Assembly (NCBI GenBank): GCA_030704615.1 | Contig: CM060731.1 | Span: forward strand, 29,574,001-29,638,000 | Direction of reading: 5' to 3' | DNA length: 64,000 bases | Source of the DNA: Takakia lepidozioides | Taxonomy: Eukaryota; Plantae; Bryophyta | In this document: piece by piece, positions 12,748 through 26,349 of the stretch | Position numbering within the stretch: the first letter of the stretch is position 1 | Layout: each line of letters begins with the position of its first letter | Translations under genes and position numbers: made by a program | Notes under the pieces: generated by a model | Seen by the model: only the letters and a program-made list of their open reading frames with translations | What the model was told of the DNA's origin: nothing | The model's database searches: none

Positions 12748-13560
12748 TTGGCACATGTGAAAATCGGACCTATTATCAAAGTAATCTCTCAAGAACTCAA
12801 TGTACCAGCACCAGGATTACAGAAGACTTGGTTTGTGAGTGGACTAAGACCAGAGTTGCAAAAGAAAGTGGATATGCTACCCCATAATAAGGTGGAGGTC
12901 CAAGCATTTGAAACAGCTAACAGAATTGAGCAATTGGGAATGCTCAGGAGAGAGAAAAGGGATGATGAGGACTCTGAGGATGAGTCAGATAAGGAAGAAG
13001 AGCAAGAGCTCAAGAGGAAGAGTAAGAAGAAGGAAAAGTTGAAGAGGGATAACTATGAGAAAAGATTAGAAGAAATCTGGAAGAAGTATGCCACAGAGGC
13101 TGCAACACATTGGAGGAAGGGTGTTTGGTGTGCAAAATGCCAGAATGAAGGCCATACCACCACTGAATGCCACATGAAGGAGAAACACTGTACTATCTAT
13201 AAAATGGATAACCATTCTACTGAGAATTGTTATTACAAAAGAAGGACAGCTGCAAGAGAACGTAGGCAAGTAAAGGTGCATCAAGTGCAGCCCCAGCCAA
13301 GACTTCAGAAACAGTGATCAGGACCACTATGGCAGGCCTGGTGGTTATAACAATAGTATGGAAGGGAGAGGTAATCCAAGAGGGAATTACCAAGGAAATC
13401 CCAAAGGCAACTATCAAGGTAATCCAAGGGGGAATTACCAGCCAGGGAATCAGGATTATAGAAATAATTCCAGAGCAGACCAAAGGCGAGGACCCAATGG
13501 TGAAGAACTGTGTTACTATTGTAATCAGGCAGGACATCGCAAGGTAGACTGTTCATTCTG
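12748..13560 (+). pseudogene. Gypsy gag, 5'-truncated, with three CCHC-type knuckles
   Basis: WFVSGLRPEL; CAKCQNEGHTTTEC; CTIYKMDNHSTENC (degenerate); CYYCNQAGHRKVDC; NPRGNYQG repeats; frameshift near 13295. Confidence 0.85.
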
Positions 13561-16500
13561 GATTAGACACCAGAATGAGATGAGAGCTCCTGTGAATGAG
13601 GGCCCAGTCGTGGCAGCTCACATGGTTAGGCCATGTGTTGTACCAGAAGTAAGTACAATGATAGTAACCAGAAGCAAAGCTAAATTAATACCTCCAGTAG
13701 ATGAGGAAGATGATGATAATGAAGATGGCAGTGATGTGCCTGAAGATGATGAGGCTTGGAGAGATGAGAAGGAACTGCATAGGGAAGTGGCAGATACCAT
13801 AAGGGAAATGCAGAAGAGTACTGATATCCCTATGGCAGATTCCTCTGATTCTGGAAGGGAAGATGAAGAGAGTGAGGATGAAGGAAAGAAAGAAGCTGCA
13901 GAAGTGCAGAGTAATGAAGGGACTTTGGCTGAAGTAATATGCCAGTCCAAAGCGGAGATTACCATTGGACAGTTATTGGCTGTGGCACCTCATTGTAGGC
14001 ACAGGCTGTATCAAGCAATCAATCAGGTTACCCATGAGATAGAGAACACAGGCATGAATAGCAAGGTGACCAGTTATAATGTGAAGCCGGAAGGGCGAGA
14101 AACAGTCATGGACTTTGATGATTCTATGCCAGTAATCCAATTGAGAATTGGAAGCACAAATCTGACTGATGTACTGATAGATGGAGGCTCTGGAGTGAAT
14201 ATCATAATAGACCAATTAAGGCAGAAGCTTGGTCTAAGTAACATGAAACCAGCCCCATTCACAGTAACAATGGCAGATCAAAGAAGTGTTCAGCCATTAG
14301 GTTTGATAAGAGGAGTTAAGATACAGATTCAAAAGATGATCTTTAAGATCACAGTGACTGTGTTGAAAATGGATGTCATGGAAGCTTACTCCTTATTGCT
14401 GGGTCGACCATGGCTGAAACAGGCCAGGGTATTCCATGACTGGAATTCCCAGTTACTAACTGTGCATGATGGGAAGCACAAGATACAAATCACCACAAAG
14501 AAATCTAGTAGACTACCTGCTACGAGAAGACCTCGGGGAGTTAGAGAGTATGACTGGAGGAGAGGACTTGATGAGGAGCAGGAAGCTACCCTGTTCGCTG
14601 CACACCCAGAGTGGGAGCAGATTGCAGAAATGCAACTGGAGGGCCTAAGTTGTTTAAAAGGTATCTGCTGTGGTGTAGTGACATCAACACCAATTGAGGG
14701 TGAAACAAGCAGTTACCCATCAAATTTCTATGAAGAAAGAGAGGGAGAAATGAAAATCCTAGAAGAACCAGCCACTGTGAGTTTGCAAGATGAAGTAGTG
14801 ACTGGTTGGACAATCACAGCTGATGAGCAGGTGAGAGAAGTGAATGTGGAAACAGAGGAGGAACCGAGAATGGTGAAAGTAGGGGCTGACTTGGAGCCAA
14901 AATTCTTTGAGGAAGCTAAGAGTCTGTTCATAAAATACAAAGATGTATTTGCTTGGAGCTATGAGGATCTAAAAGGGATACCACCTGAGATTTGTCAGCA
15001 TAAGATTGAATTGGAACCAGGGTCAGTACCAATCAAACATGCGAGGTACAGAATGAATCCCAACTATGCACAGAAGGTTGGGGAAGAGATCAAGAAGTTG
15101 GCTGAGGCTAAGTTTATGTACCCGATAGAGTATACAACTTGGTTGTCACCCATAGTGATAGTTCCCAAGAAGAATGGTAAACGTGAACTATAAGAAGTTG
15201 AATGCTTGTACAAAGAAAGATCCTTTCCCTTTGTCATTCACAGAAGCGGTACTGGACACTGTGGCAGGCCATGAGATGTACTCATTCATGGATGGCTTCA
15301 GTGGGTATAACCAAGTGCAAGTGGCAGAAGAAGACCAGGGAAAGACAGCTTTCATCACAGACTGGGGTGCTTATGCATACAAAGTCATGCCTTTTGGACT
15401 TTGTAATGCACCAGCAACCTTTCAGAGAGTGATAAGTGAATCTTTTCATGAGTATCTGGATGATTTCATGCAGGTGTTCTTGGATGATTTCAGTGTGTAC
15501 AGCTCTAAAAATGAGCACTTGCATAAATTGGAGTTATGTTTGGCTAGATGCAGAATGAGAGGTCTGGGCCTGAATCCAGAGAAGTGTACTTTCTGTGTGA
15601 ACTCAGGGGTGCTTTTGGGACACATTGTGTGTAAGAGGGGACTTCTTGTGGATCCCAGGAAGACAGAGGCCATTAAAGCCTCACCACCACCAGTAAATGT
15701 TAAGAGTCTAAGGAGATTCCTTGGACAAACCAGTTATTACAGAAGATTTGTCAGACGGTATGCACAGATAGCAGCACCATTGAGCAAGCTTCTGAAGAAA
15801 GATGCAGTGTTTGCATGGACAGCTGAATGTCAACAGGTTTTGAGGAACTTACGTTGTCAGTAACAACTACACCTGTGCTGATTCACCCTCACTGGCATGT
15901 AGTATTTCATGTTCACTGTGATGCCTAAGGAGAAGCATTGGGAGCAGATTAGCCCAAAATGTTACAAGAAACATAGATTCACCTGTGTATTATGTTAGCA
16001 GGTTGATGAACAGTGCTGAAAGGAACTATAGCACAACTGAAAGAGAAGCATTGGCAATGATTTATGCAGTCAAGAAATTCAGGCACTACCTATTGGGAAG
16101 GAAGTTTATGTTTTATGTGGATCATCGGGCTCTGATTTATCTGGTGAACAAGCCTTTGATAAGTGGAAGGATAGCAAGATGGTTAATAATCTTGCACGAG
16201 TTTGAGTTCGAAGTTGTTTACAAGCCTGGCCGTTTGCATCTTGTGGCAGATCACTTGTCACGCCTATCAACAGGAGAGCCCGCCACAGGAGTAGACGACC
16301 AACTACCTCATGCGAGTTTATTTGCAGTGGAGGTGCAGGGAAGTGCAGATGATTGGTTAGATTGGCAGTGGCCAATCAGATACTACCTTACTCATGGTCA
16401 ATGCCCACCTAGTTATGGGAAGGAGCAGAGGAAGAGAATAGCTATCAAGGATTTACCTTACACTATGATAGGTTACAGAATGTATAAGCTAGGACCTGAT

Positions 16501-17647
16501 GGAGTACTTAAACGATGCTTGTACCACCATGAAGTAAATAAAGTTTTGGAGGAAGTTCATAAAGGAGTGGCAGGAGGTCATTTTGGAGAAGAGACTACCA
16601 GTAGAAAGATACTACTTACAGGTTACTGGTGGCCTACATTGTTCAAGGATGTACACAAGTATTGCAAAAGTTGTGATGAGTATCAGAGGCTAGGACCATT
16701 GCAGAGATCTGGGAAGATGGCTTTGTATCCTACGATGCCTACTGAACCATTTCAGAAATGGGGACTAGACTTTGTTGGACCAATTAACCCACCAGCCATA
16801 AATACACAGAACAAGTACAGCCACTGATTATACTACAAAGTGGGTGGAAGCTAAAGCTCTGAGGGACAACACAGCTAAGTCCACAGCAAGGTTCCTATTC
16901 GAGAACATACTTACAAGATTTGGCTGTCCCCTGGAATTTATCAGTGACCAGGGAAGTCACTTCATTAATGAGACCATAGAACTATTGACTAAAGAGTTCA
17001 TGATTGTGCATAGGAAGAGTACAACCTATTACCCATAGGGTAATGGGCAGGCAGAAGCCACCAACAAAATACTATGTACTATCTTGGCTAAGATAGTCAA
17101 TGCGAACAGAACAGATTGGGATACAAAGCTGCTGACAGCTTTGTGGTCATACAGGACTTCATATTAAGTCACCACTAAGTATACACCATTCCAATTAGTT
17201 TATGGTATGGAAGCTTTACTTCCAGTGGAATTCTTGTTACCTACCATGAGAACTGAATGGGGAAAGAGAATGGAATTGGAAGATTCAATTAAGGTCAGGA
17301 AACATGAATTATACCATGTGGAATAAGTACGTGCTGATGCAGCGGATAACATGACCAAAATTCAGATGAAGAGGAAGGATCAGTTTGATGAAGGTAAATT
17401 AAAGACTTTTAAGACGGGAGATTTGGTACTGTGGTTGCAGAAGAAGGGAAAGATTAAAGCTTCTAAGCTTAAATCACCATGGAAGGGACCTTATGTCATA
17501 CATAAGATGTTTGATAATAACACCGCCATGTTACAAACCATTAACAAAGAAATGCTGGGAAGAGTCAATGCCAATAAGTTGAAGGGATACAGTGGTATCC
17601 ATGACAAACCATTGCAGCACGATTTGCACGTTGAAACACAAACATAG
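13561..17647 (+). pseudogene. Gypsy pol (protease, RT, RNase H, integrase)
   Basis: VLIDGGSGVNI and LLGRPWL (protease); DGFSGYNQ, MPFGLCNAPATFQ, VFLDDF (RT); NYSTTEREALA (RNase H); H..GH..C..C, WGLDFVGP, ISDQGSHF, WKGPY (integrase). Confidence 0.95.
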
Positions 17648-17707
17648 TCACGGGCTACGCCGGTGATACCAACGGAGCATGTATTGTCAGGGCAGGAAGT
17701 ACAGGTG

Positions 17708-17796
17708 TTCACATAGCTATCACAACCCACCACAGTGTCACACAGCCTATCACAGCTCGTCACAGTCTGACATAGCCTGTCACAGCCTAACACAGT
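17708..17796. repeat. 10-bp minisatellite (TCACAGCCTA-like) in the Gypsy 3' region
   Basis: Roughly nine degenerate 10-bp units. Confidence 0.75.
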
Positions 17797-20700
17797 CCGC
17801 GCGGGTTGCATAGTCCATAGGGTTAGTGACAGGTGGATGCGGGTTAACGTCAGAAAAGTGGCCGGCGGGTGAAAGGACAGCTTGGAAGTCAAACTCGGAG
17901 AATGTGCCACGCTGACAGGGGAAGACGGAGGCATGTCTAAGAACGAACACGTGGTCACTAGGGCGAAGCACACCGCGGTGCATATATTGCAAAAGTGGGT
18001 GTCATCATGCAAGAGGACAAACTGGGCCGTCAAAGTACCTAAGCGGTACAACAACCAAAACTATTTGTGGGCCCATTAATGCATTCAGGGCAAAAGTATC
18101 GGAACCCTTTACGAGTACAGAAAAGGGGGACTTTTGCCATATGTGCTGTCCTAGTGGACATTCCAGGTGGGAATGTCCACTGAGGGGGGTAAAATTAAGA
18201 AGTTACCTAAGGAGGCAACAGCCAATCAGGAGCGAGAATTTCATGCAGGTGGTTCCCTCCAAGAAACAAGAACAAGAAATTGGAAGAGTTATGAGCGGAA
18301 GAGTCGGGGTGGCTCCAAATAGCCAGTGTCTTGACGGGAGGGGCAATCAAAGACATATATAGATGTATGAGGGTAATAGGGCATAAGGCTGGGAGGTGTA
18401 GTTGGATAATTTGAAGGTCAAAATGGAGGGAGATGGGAACCGTTATTTTTGTGGTGGTCCAAACGAAAAGCAAAAGACACCATATGTAAACCCTAATTTG
18501 ACAAAATTCCGCATGTCAAGTTATTTTACCACTAGTGTGAAACTAGCTAGGAAATAGCTAGCTTTTACATATTGACATTCGGGATTGGCCCAAGTGTCAA
18601 TCCAGGGGTCAAGGCAGATTTAGGCCCTGGAGTGGTTATCTTCACGGCAAGCGCGGGAGGCTCATCTTTCTCGAGTTGAGCCTCACCGCGCCTAGTTATG
18701 GCGCCGTAGTGTGGATTCCCCATGGCGTGGGGTGCACTTAGCTTGACTTGTATTTGAGTGATGAGTTTATATATGCATGAGTTTATGCTTCAGCTTTGTG
18801 AGCTCGCATGAGCTTGTGCTTGTATTCTTCTTCTTTATCACTCGAGAAATCAGCTCGTATCTGTGAGTGCTAGATACGAGTCAGTTGTAGCACTTGTGGT
18901 TTTTGCTTGAGAGTGAGAGAAACCAGGTTGTTATGCAAGGAGCACCGTGGAGCTCTTGGTTGTTAGAAGCGGAGGCGATGTGGGTTACGAGGTGGTAGAC
19001 CTTGGCATTCGATCTTCAGCTTCAGAGATGAAAGCACCATGCTGCAGGTAATTCTAGAGCACCTTGATGGTTTCAGATTGTGTACATGCATGAGCAAGCA
19101 CGATTGGGAAGAGGACCAGTCAAGAGCAGGTTAGAGTGGCTTTGGTGGCACAGTTGAGAACTGGACTTGGGAATGCGAGCTTTCACCCACCGCTTGAACA
19201 TGGGTATATATCAGTTAAGTGCGAAGGTTTTTCTCTTCTTCTACTTAGATAAATGTCGTTGAAATGATTTAGGGCCTTGGAGTTAGCAGAGAGGGAGTAT
19301 CAGAATGTTTTGAAAAATGGAATGGATTGGTGGTCTGGACTTCAAACCAGAATGGTGTAGAGAGGATGAGAGATGATGCATATGTCCTTGGGAATGGTGA
19401 TAGAAGGCAGATGCAGCCCACCTACAATCAATGAGTGCATAGTGTTTGTCTTGCTTTTGATTGTATGGTTCAGCCACTGAATCTGGAGCAAACTGTGCAT
19501 TAGTGTTTAGAGTTAAGCAAATCTGCAAAATGAACAGTATAGGGAGATTCACCAAGGGAATTATTGCATTGGTTACAGGGTAGAAATGAGGGATAGGTTC
19601 TGCAATGGTCAGCATCAGGGTGGGAGAATGAGGAGAGATTCTGTTTGGGAGGAGAGAAAAGCTAAGAGAGAATGTGGTGTGTACTTATGATTCCAAGGAG
19701 GATTTCTGCAAAGGGTCTCCACTGGATGTGTGCCTTGGTATATCTGCATTGCATGTAGAGGGGCTGTCTGGTCTGATAAAGGAAAACCAGGGCACTTGCA
19801 TCAGAAAGGGAGAGAAAACATTGGGAAAAAGAGAGATCTGTTCAGCAAAAGAATGATGAAGGAAGGGCAGTTGAGAGATAAAGGAAAGACCATGAGTTGC
19901 ATTAGAAATATCAGACCTGCACTGTATGGTAGATCCATGTTGCCTTGCATTTTTGGTGATTGTATGACAACAAAGGGGGTTCAGGTAGATGCTACATGCA
20001 AGTGGTAAACTCATAGGCTGTCATTAACCCTCTGGAAGGTAGTTTGAGTGACTGTATCAGCATGAAAACTTAGCTGGTGCAAGACAGAACCCTAGTCAGG
20101 CCTGTTGTACTATGCAAGAAACACTTTCATTTGTCCCATCCATGTCTTCTCTTCCGCTGCGGCGTGGATGAGGACTTTATGAACTCTGATCATAAACATC
20201 ATGGATGTAGCCAACCTATGTGGGAAAACCAGAATAACAACAAGATCTTTCACTAAGAACTAGATTCGAATTAGACAGAAGGGGATTTATGCCCCCTTCT
20301 TTTCACACTACAGTCCACCATCATGTGCCGAAAAAGACCGTCCATATCATTTTTTAGGAGCTCCTGTCTGATTCACCTGATATGCCGAAAAAGGTACTCC
20401 TGCCATGTTTCCATCATCCTCGAGGCACTGATGTTCTCCATGTACTGAACCCTTTCTTAGATCTTGACGCCCCCGATGCATAGACTCCATCCATGACTCA
20501 AAGCTGGTAACATGGCCCAATAGTGGCAATGAACAGTTTCACGGATATTCCCTCTTTCACTGCTGCAGTGTTTGCAGAGTCGGCGACTCATCCCTGATTC
20601 GTTCCTTAAGCATGGTCTCTCGTCCATTTTGGCCTGGTGCTGCCTGTCAGATGGGCCTGGTGTCTTCCCTTGCCCTTGGTCATCACACTTGCTGGTATCC

Positions 20701-22099
20701 AGCCATTGTAGGATGACATCATGCAACCCAAGCTCATAACCTCATCCACGTTGGTAACACTGTGTTGTGTGTGGTCAAATACCCCTTCAGCGCATGCATT
20801 CACTTCCTGGAACTCTGGTGCATACCTCAAGTCAGCAACTGGTTGCACCCCATTTAACTCAGATTGCTCCTCCAGTGTACAACCCACATCAAAGCTGATT
20901 GCTGCTGCAACAGGTGCACTTGCACCATCCGAAACGTGCCCCACAACATCTGTCCAGCCCCTTTGTTCATGCCACCCTGTATCAATCATGTTAACGGAAG
21001 GCAGTCCAATGCTATATCCTGCCCAATTCGCTGTTTGTAGCCACCCTTGGCTGCTCGAGGTATGGCTCGTGTTCCACAGGTGTCATCAACTCATCAATCA
21101 ATCCCACTCTCTCTACACGTGCTACCATCTGCACATTCCTGCGCTTGGGATTTCCTGCCATATAACTCTCACTCACAGATTCCTCACGATCACTCATAAC
21201 ACATATGTTCTGCAGAACTTCACAGTCATCAAATTAACACTAGAAGCATTCGTGTCTTTTCCGAATCGACTGCATGTCCAAAACCACTGAGGGAATAACT
21301 TTGAGATGTTTGTTACTACTGCATAGTCATAACGGATAAATTCACATTTCTAATGGCGGATAGAAGTTGCATCAATGACTCCGCAGTCGGCGCAATATTC
21401 GCGGCGATTTAATTCAATTACGTAAATTGTTCTTTTTTTAAACAACAATTACAAGTGGTTTTAAGCACTAGAGAACGACTCTTAACAACTAGGCATTCAT
21501 TGCACACCCTATTCAAAAATGGAATTTTTATAAGTGCTCCACATGGCTCATGACGTGGAATATTTTAATGTATTTTAGGGCTTGTGTGGCTCGTAGAGAT
21601 TGTTCTAATCGTCGGATGTAAAATGATCTAAGGGTGAAAGAGTAACTTTGTCCTTTGCCTGAATTTGTCTAAGTGTTGGGAGAGGGACGGAGGCTTGGGA
21701 GAGAGACGAGCAAGTGATGCGAGAAGGACGAAGACCAAATCGAGGCCCATGTCCTGTTGTTGCAAGCGTTTATGGCGTCAGGGGCGCATTATGTGCAAAT
21801 GTGGGCTCTTGGCTCCCCTTTGTACCATGATTTGGTATTCTTCCTAATGATCACAAGGTTCTTGGGGGAATCAGCTTTGTCTTAGCAGCCCATATTTTAA
21901 TCTTTGCCCACTCAACTGCACCGTGGTGGTTCTTACGGACCCATCCCACATTACCTGACTACAGATACAAGCAGCACGCACAAGAGGTCTTCTTGGGTTC
22001 AAGGTCAGTCTAATCCGCAATGGGTCATGACACAAGGTAGAGGACAATGTGGTGAGGGCACCTTCTTCTTCGATCTATTTCAGCCTGTTTTGCCGAGAT

Positions 22100-25000
22100 G
22101 TAGTGTCGTGGAGTGCGATGCTTGCAGGGTATGCATAGCAGGGACGTGGGATGGAGGCTTTGGAGACCTATGAAGTTGCGAAGGGAGAGTTTGATAACAT
22201 GGCTGAATGAGATGTTGTCTCATGGAACAAGCTGAATGTCGCAAGATATGGCCAGCATGTGTGCGGGATGAGGGCATTGGAGACATATGAGCAAATGTTG
22301 CGGGAAGGGGTGCAGCCTGACCGGGTCACGTTCATTTGTGTTTGCAATGTATGTGCAAACCTGGCAGCCCTGGAGACTTGGAGACCTGGTAAAGGGCAAA
22401 GAGGTCCATCGTGACATCGTCAAAGCTGGAACTGTACCAGATGTAACAATACCTCGTCGACATGTATGCCAAACGTGGGAGCATTCCCTTGTGGACAAGG
22501 AGTGTTCAACAATATGGCTGAGCGAAATGTGGTGTGGTGGAACGTGATGATCGCAGGACATGCACAAACATGGTCGGGGATTGCGGGTTTTGGAGACCTA
22601 TGAGCAAATGATGTAGGTCTAGGGGGTGAAGCCCGAGCACATTACGTTTGTTTGTGTTTGTAGTGCATGTGCGAGCTGCTGGAGAAGGGCAAAGAGGTCC
22701 ATGGTTGCATCGTCAAAGCTGGAATTGTGGTAGATGTCATTCTGAACAATACCCTTCTGGATAGGGAGTGTTCAACAATATGGCTGAGCGAAATGTGGTG
22801 TCGTGGAAAGTGATGATCGCAGGACATGCACAACAGGGGCGGGGATTGCAGGTTTTGGAGACCTATGAGCAGTTGATGTGGGAGGGGATGAAGTCCGACC
22901 ACATTACGTTTAGAGAGTTCAAATGCCTCTCCACCATGACCTTGCTTAGCTAACCATGCCTTGCTGATGTTGTTGTCTTACGCTGTTTTTGGACACTGGC
23001 TGGAACATCCACAAGGCGGCTCTGCTCGAGAGAGAAATCAGCTTGAATGCAGGGGCAGATTTTGAGATCACAATCACCACTCAGAGCGCTGTTCTTTGCA
23101 CCGGCATGGCATGTCAGCATGCATATCAGCCCAAACTCATTACTCCGTGAGCCTTCCACTGCCGGAGTGTGCCTATTCAAGCCAGATCTTCGAAACGCAG
23201 GGACGGAACGGGGTTTTGAAACCAGCATTGCCCAACTGGATACCCAATTCAGCTCCGCATCTTGGTCCATTAATCTACAGCACATTGTGAAGTTTTATGC
23301 CCGTTCACCGCAAGTTGAAGAAGGAGTATTCTTAAAACACGGGTACTCCTAATCTGAAAATGGCTCCAGCTTATGATGCTTGAGTGCGAATATGAGTATG
23401 GTTGGCTTGGCAGCTTTACATCTGGTCCATCCCACTCGATATGATGAGCAGGTTCAGCTGGACTTCTCTCACACAAAAGACGCTGCCAAGATGGGGTTTG
23501 TTGCCCTAGATGACTTCCCGTCGTTGTTCTGGGCTGCAACATACAATTAATCTGGCCCATGGCGAGGGGTCTTGCCTTCCACCAATCATCTGTAAGTCCC
23601 GTGAAACTGTTTTTGTGGCAGTTTGTAAGCAGTGGGCAGCGATGGTGGGCTGTTGTAGGATTTGATGAACTCAATGCCGTGTACTGACAGCAACCCCTCA
23701 TCTCTTATGCAAGCATTCAACAAGCCAAGTTAATTGCAGAGCATATGCAGCCCCCCACGTTTCTAGTTGCCTAATGTTCTTCATCTCCTGGGCAGAGGCA
23801 TTTTCCAGGGTGTCCATCTGTGATGACACCTTGATAAGACTGAGATGAGTTGATGGAAGATAGGGAGGGCTTGCTAGTGTATGTTGTCCGATAGGCCCCA
23901 CGCACAGAGTCAGAGCTGGAAGTCAGCCTTGCAAGGACCCAAGTGAGAGAAGTCTGGTGGGGGTAGCATCTTGGGGGATGGCAGTTAGGGCAATGTGTAT
24001 CTAGGGCAATATATGTCATAGCAGCGGGTAATGTGCTGCCAATTTTGAGGATAGAGACAGCTTGTAAGCTGTAGATTTGTATCAGTGGTTTCTTCTGCCA
24101 CATATTGCTCCCAGTTTGCCACAACCAGTTTTGTTTGCGTTTGTAGTGCATGTGCGAGCCTACTGGGGAAGGGCAAAGAGGTCCATGGTTGCATTGTCAA
24201 AGCTGGAATTGTGGCAGATTTCATTCTGAACAATACCCTTGTGGACAGGGAGTGTTCAACAATATGGCTGAGCAAAATGTGGTGTCGTGGAACGTGCTGA
24301 TCGTAGGACATGCACAACAGGGGCGGGGATTGCAGGTTTTGGACACCTATGGCAAATGGTTTGGGAGGGGGTGAAGTCCGACCACAAATTACGTTTGTTT
24401 GTGTTTGTAGTGCATGTGCGAGCCTGCTGGAGAAGGGCAAAGAGATCCATGGTTGCATCATCAAAGCTGGAATTGTGGCAGATTTCATTCTGAACAATAC
24501 TCTTGTGGAGAGTATGCCAAGCTCAAAGAGGAATTGGAGACATATGAGCAAATGTTGCGGGAAGGAGTGCAGCCTGGCTGGGTCGAGGCCAAGAGGGCAA
24601 AGAGGTCCATGGTGACATCGTCAAAGCTGGAATTGTACCATATGTCATTCTGAATAGTACCCTTACATAGACATGTATGCCAAATGTGGGTGCATCAAGG
24701 ATGCAAAGGGAGTGTTCAACAATATGGCTGAACGAAATGTGGTATGATCATGGAGCCCATGATTGCAGGATATGTACAATGGGATGGAGTCCTTGAAGAC
24801 CTCTAAGCAAATGGTGCATGAATTAAGGCGTGTTGAGCCCATTGACCACATTAGGTTTCTTTGTGTTTACAATGCGCATTGTATGTGCAAGCTTGGCAGC
24901 CCTAGAAAAGGACAATTATAAGGTCCATGGTGACATTATAAAGGGGTGTTTGCTGAGATCATGAGATCGGTCTTTGCTCTTGTCATAGATTGAAAACAAG

Positions 25001-25250
25001 TCTAGGGTAGTTTATGTCTAACCTCATTTTCAAGGACAGTCTTTGGGCACCAAACCTCTACAGTTTTGGACACAACCCCCTCTAGGTCTACTCCCATTAC
25101 AAGGATCAGAAATGCTTGGGGGCTTACATGCATGGAGCTGCGATGCCTAGACATCGGGCAATTACATTCTCCTTTGCTCTTTGCATCTGTTTACTGGTTC
25201 ATGGTGACATAGTCAAAGCTGGAAATGTACTAGATGTCAGCCTGAACACT
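22100..25250 (+). pseudogene. Tandemly duplicated PLS-class PPR gene fragments
   Basis: Repeated VFNNMAERNVVSW.VMIAGHAQ.G.G..LETYEQM..GVKP.HITFVCVCSAC..LEKGKEVHG.IVKAG..D..L.NTL.DMYAKCG, with many frameshifts. Confidence 0.88.
22912..24128. other. ~1.2-kb unidentified insertion splitting a PPR motif
   Basis: PPR sequence stops at CCACATTACGTT (HITF) and resumes at TTGTTTGCGTTTGTAG (VCVC). Confidence 0.65.
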
Positions 25251-26349
25251 GCCCTGAAGCCTAACCTGGAGTTATTGCCAATGTGGCAACAGGAATTATC
25301 CAAAAACAGATGATGTAGATGTGGAGAAGCTCGTTGGTGAATCTATGGTGGTTTTGTAGTGATTTTGACATGTTACTGTAGGTAGGGTTGGGGTGTTTCC
25401 TCGAAGAACTTCACGCCGTCAGTGTCAGCTGCTAGCAGCAAGGCTGAAGATGTATTCATGGTTTGTACACAGACATGGATAGTTGAAGGACCAAGGATAG
25501 AGCATGGGTCCAGATTCATAAGAGGGCCGGATTTCAAGTGAAGAAGATGTACGATCGACATCCAGACAAAGAAGATTAACACTTGATACGATATGATCTG
25601 GACTGAATATGTTGTCTTCATGGCTGACGTGAGGCTTTTCACAGATTCTCACCTCTTTGTCATGGTAGGCATGATGGTACATCCACAAGCTGTAGTGCCT
25701 TTGGATGAGAAGCAGTCCCCTCACAAAGTATACCGGTCGTTTTCTCAAGAGCATACCAATTCTTTGCCTGCCAGAATGCTACGCTATCCTTTTCACTCTG
25801 AAAACAGAATCCACTTGTCATGTAGGGTTGGAGTAGCCCTGCCTGAGTTACCATCACACCCTCTCTTATTGTGTGGGCGACAACCTGAGATTACCATGAT
25901 TGATTATTTTCAAGATCTTCAGGAACACTCAATCAGCTGATATGCTTGCTGTTAGCTGTGTCAAGTCGCAATCTCAAGCTTAGAATGGAACCTCAAGGCT
26001 GGCTTGGTAGAGCAGGGACTATTCCCCTTTGGGTGCTTATTACATGTATTCTTACCTCTGGGCTTGCAATTTTGTGCATCAGGCCTGATGGACTGGAGAA
26101 GGCTTATGTAAGGCTGACAACTAATTATGATGCGTTGGATATGGCAAACAAAGTGTGTATCATCTAGAATGGTTCTTGTTGTTTGGAACTGGGTTGGTTT
26201 GAGAGGTGTTTTGTAAGTTTTGTAGTTTTGCAAAGTGCTTTTCATGAGTTTCATCCATAAACGTGTGTTAAAATGTCTGGCTTTAGAACAGTTACGTTTT
26301 AATAGCTTTCATAGTTATGTGCTAATGACTGCTAATGAAGGCACCTTCT

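Larger units (their letters stand above)
12748..18480 (+). mobile_element. Ty3/Gypsy LTR retrotransposon internal region (non-chromovirus, Athila/Phygy/Selgy-like); LTRs not identified
   Basis: gag-PR-RT-RH-INT domain order; no chromodomain after INT; several stops and frameshifts. Confidence 0.92.

Noticed and set aside
18485-19280. Possible LTR starting TGTAAACCCTAA
   Set aside because: No second copy, TSD or clear PPT/PBS found in the window.
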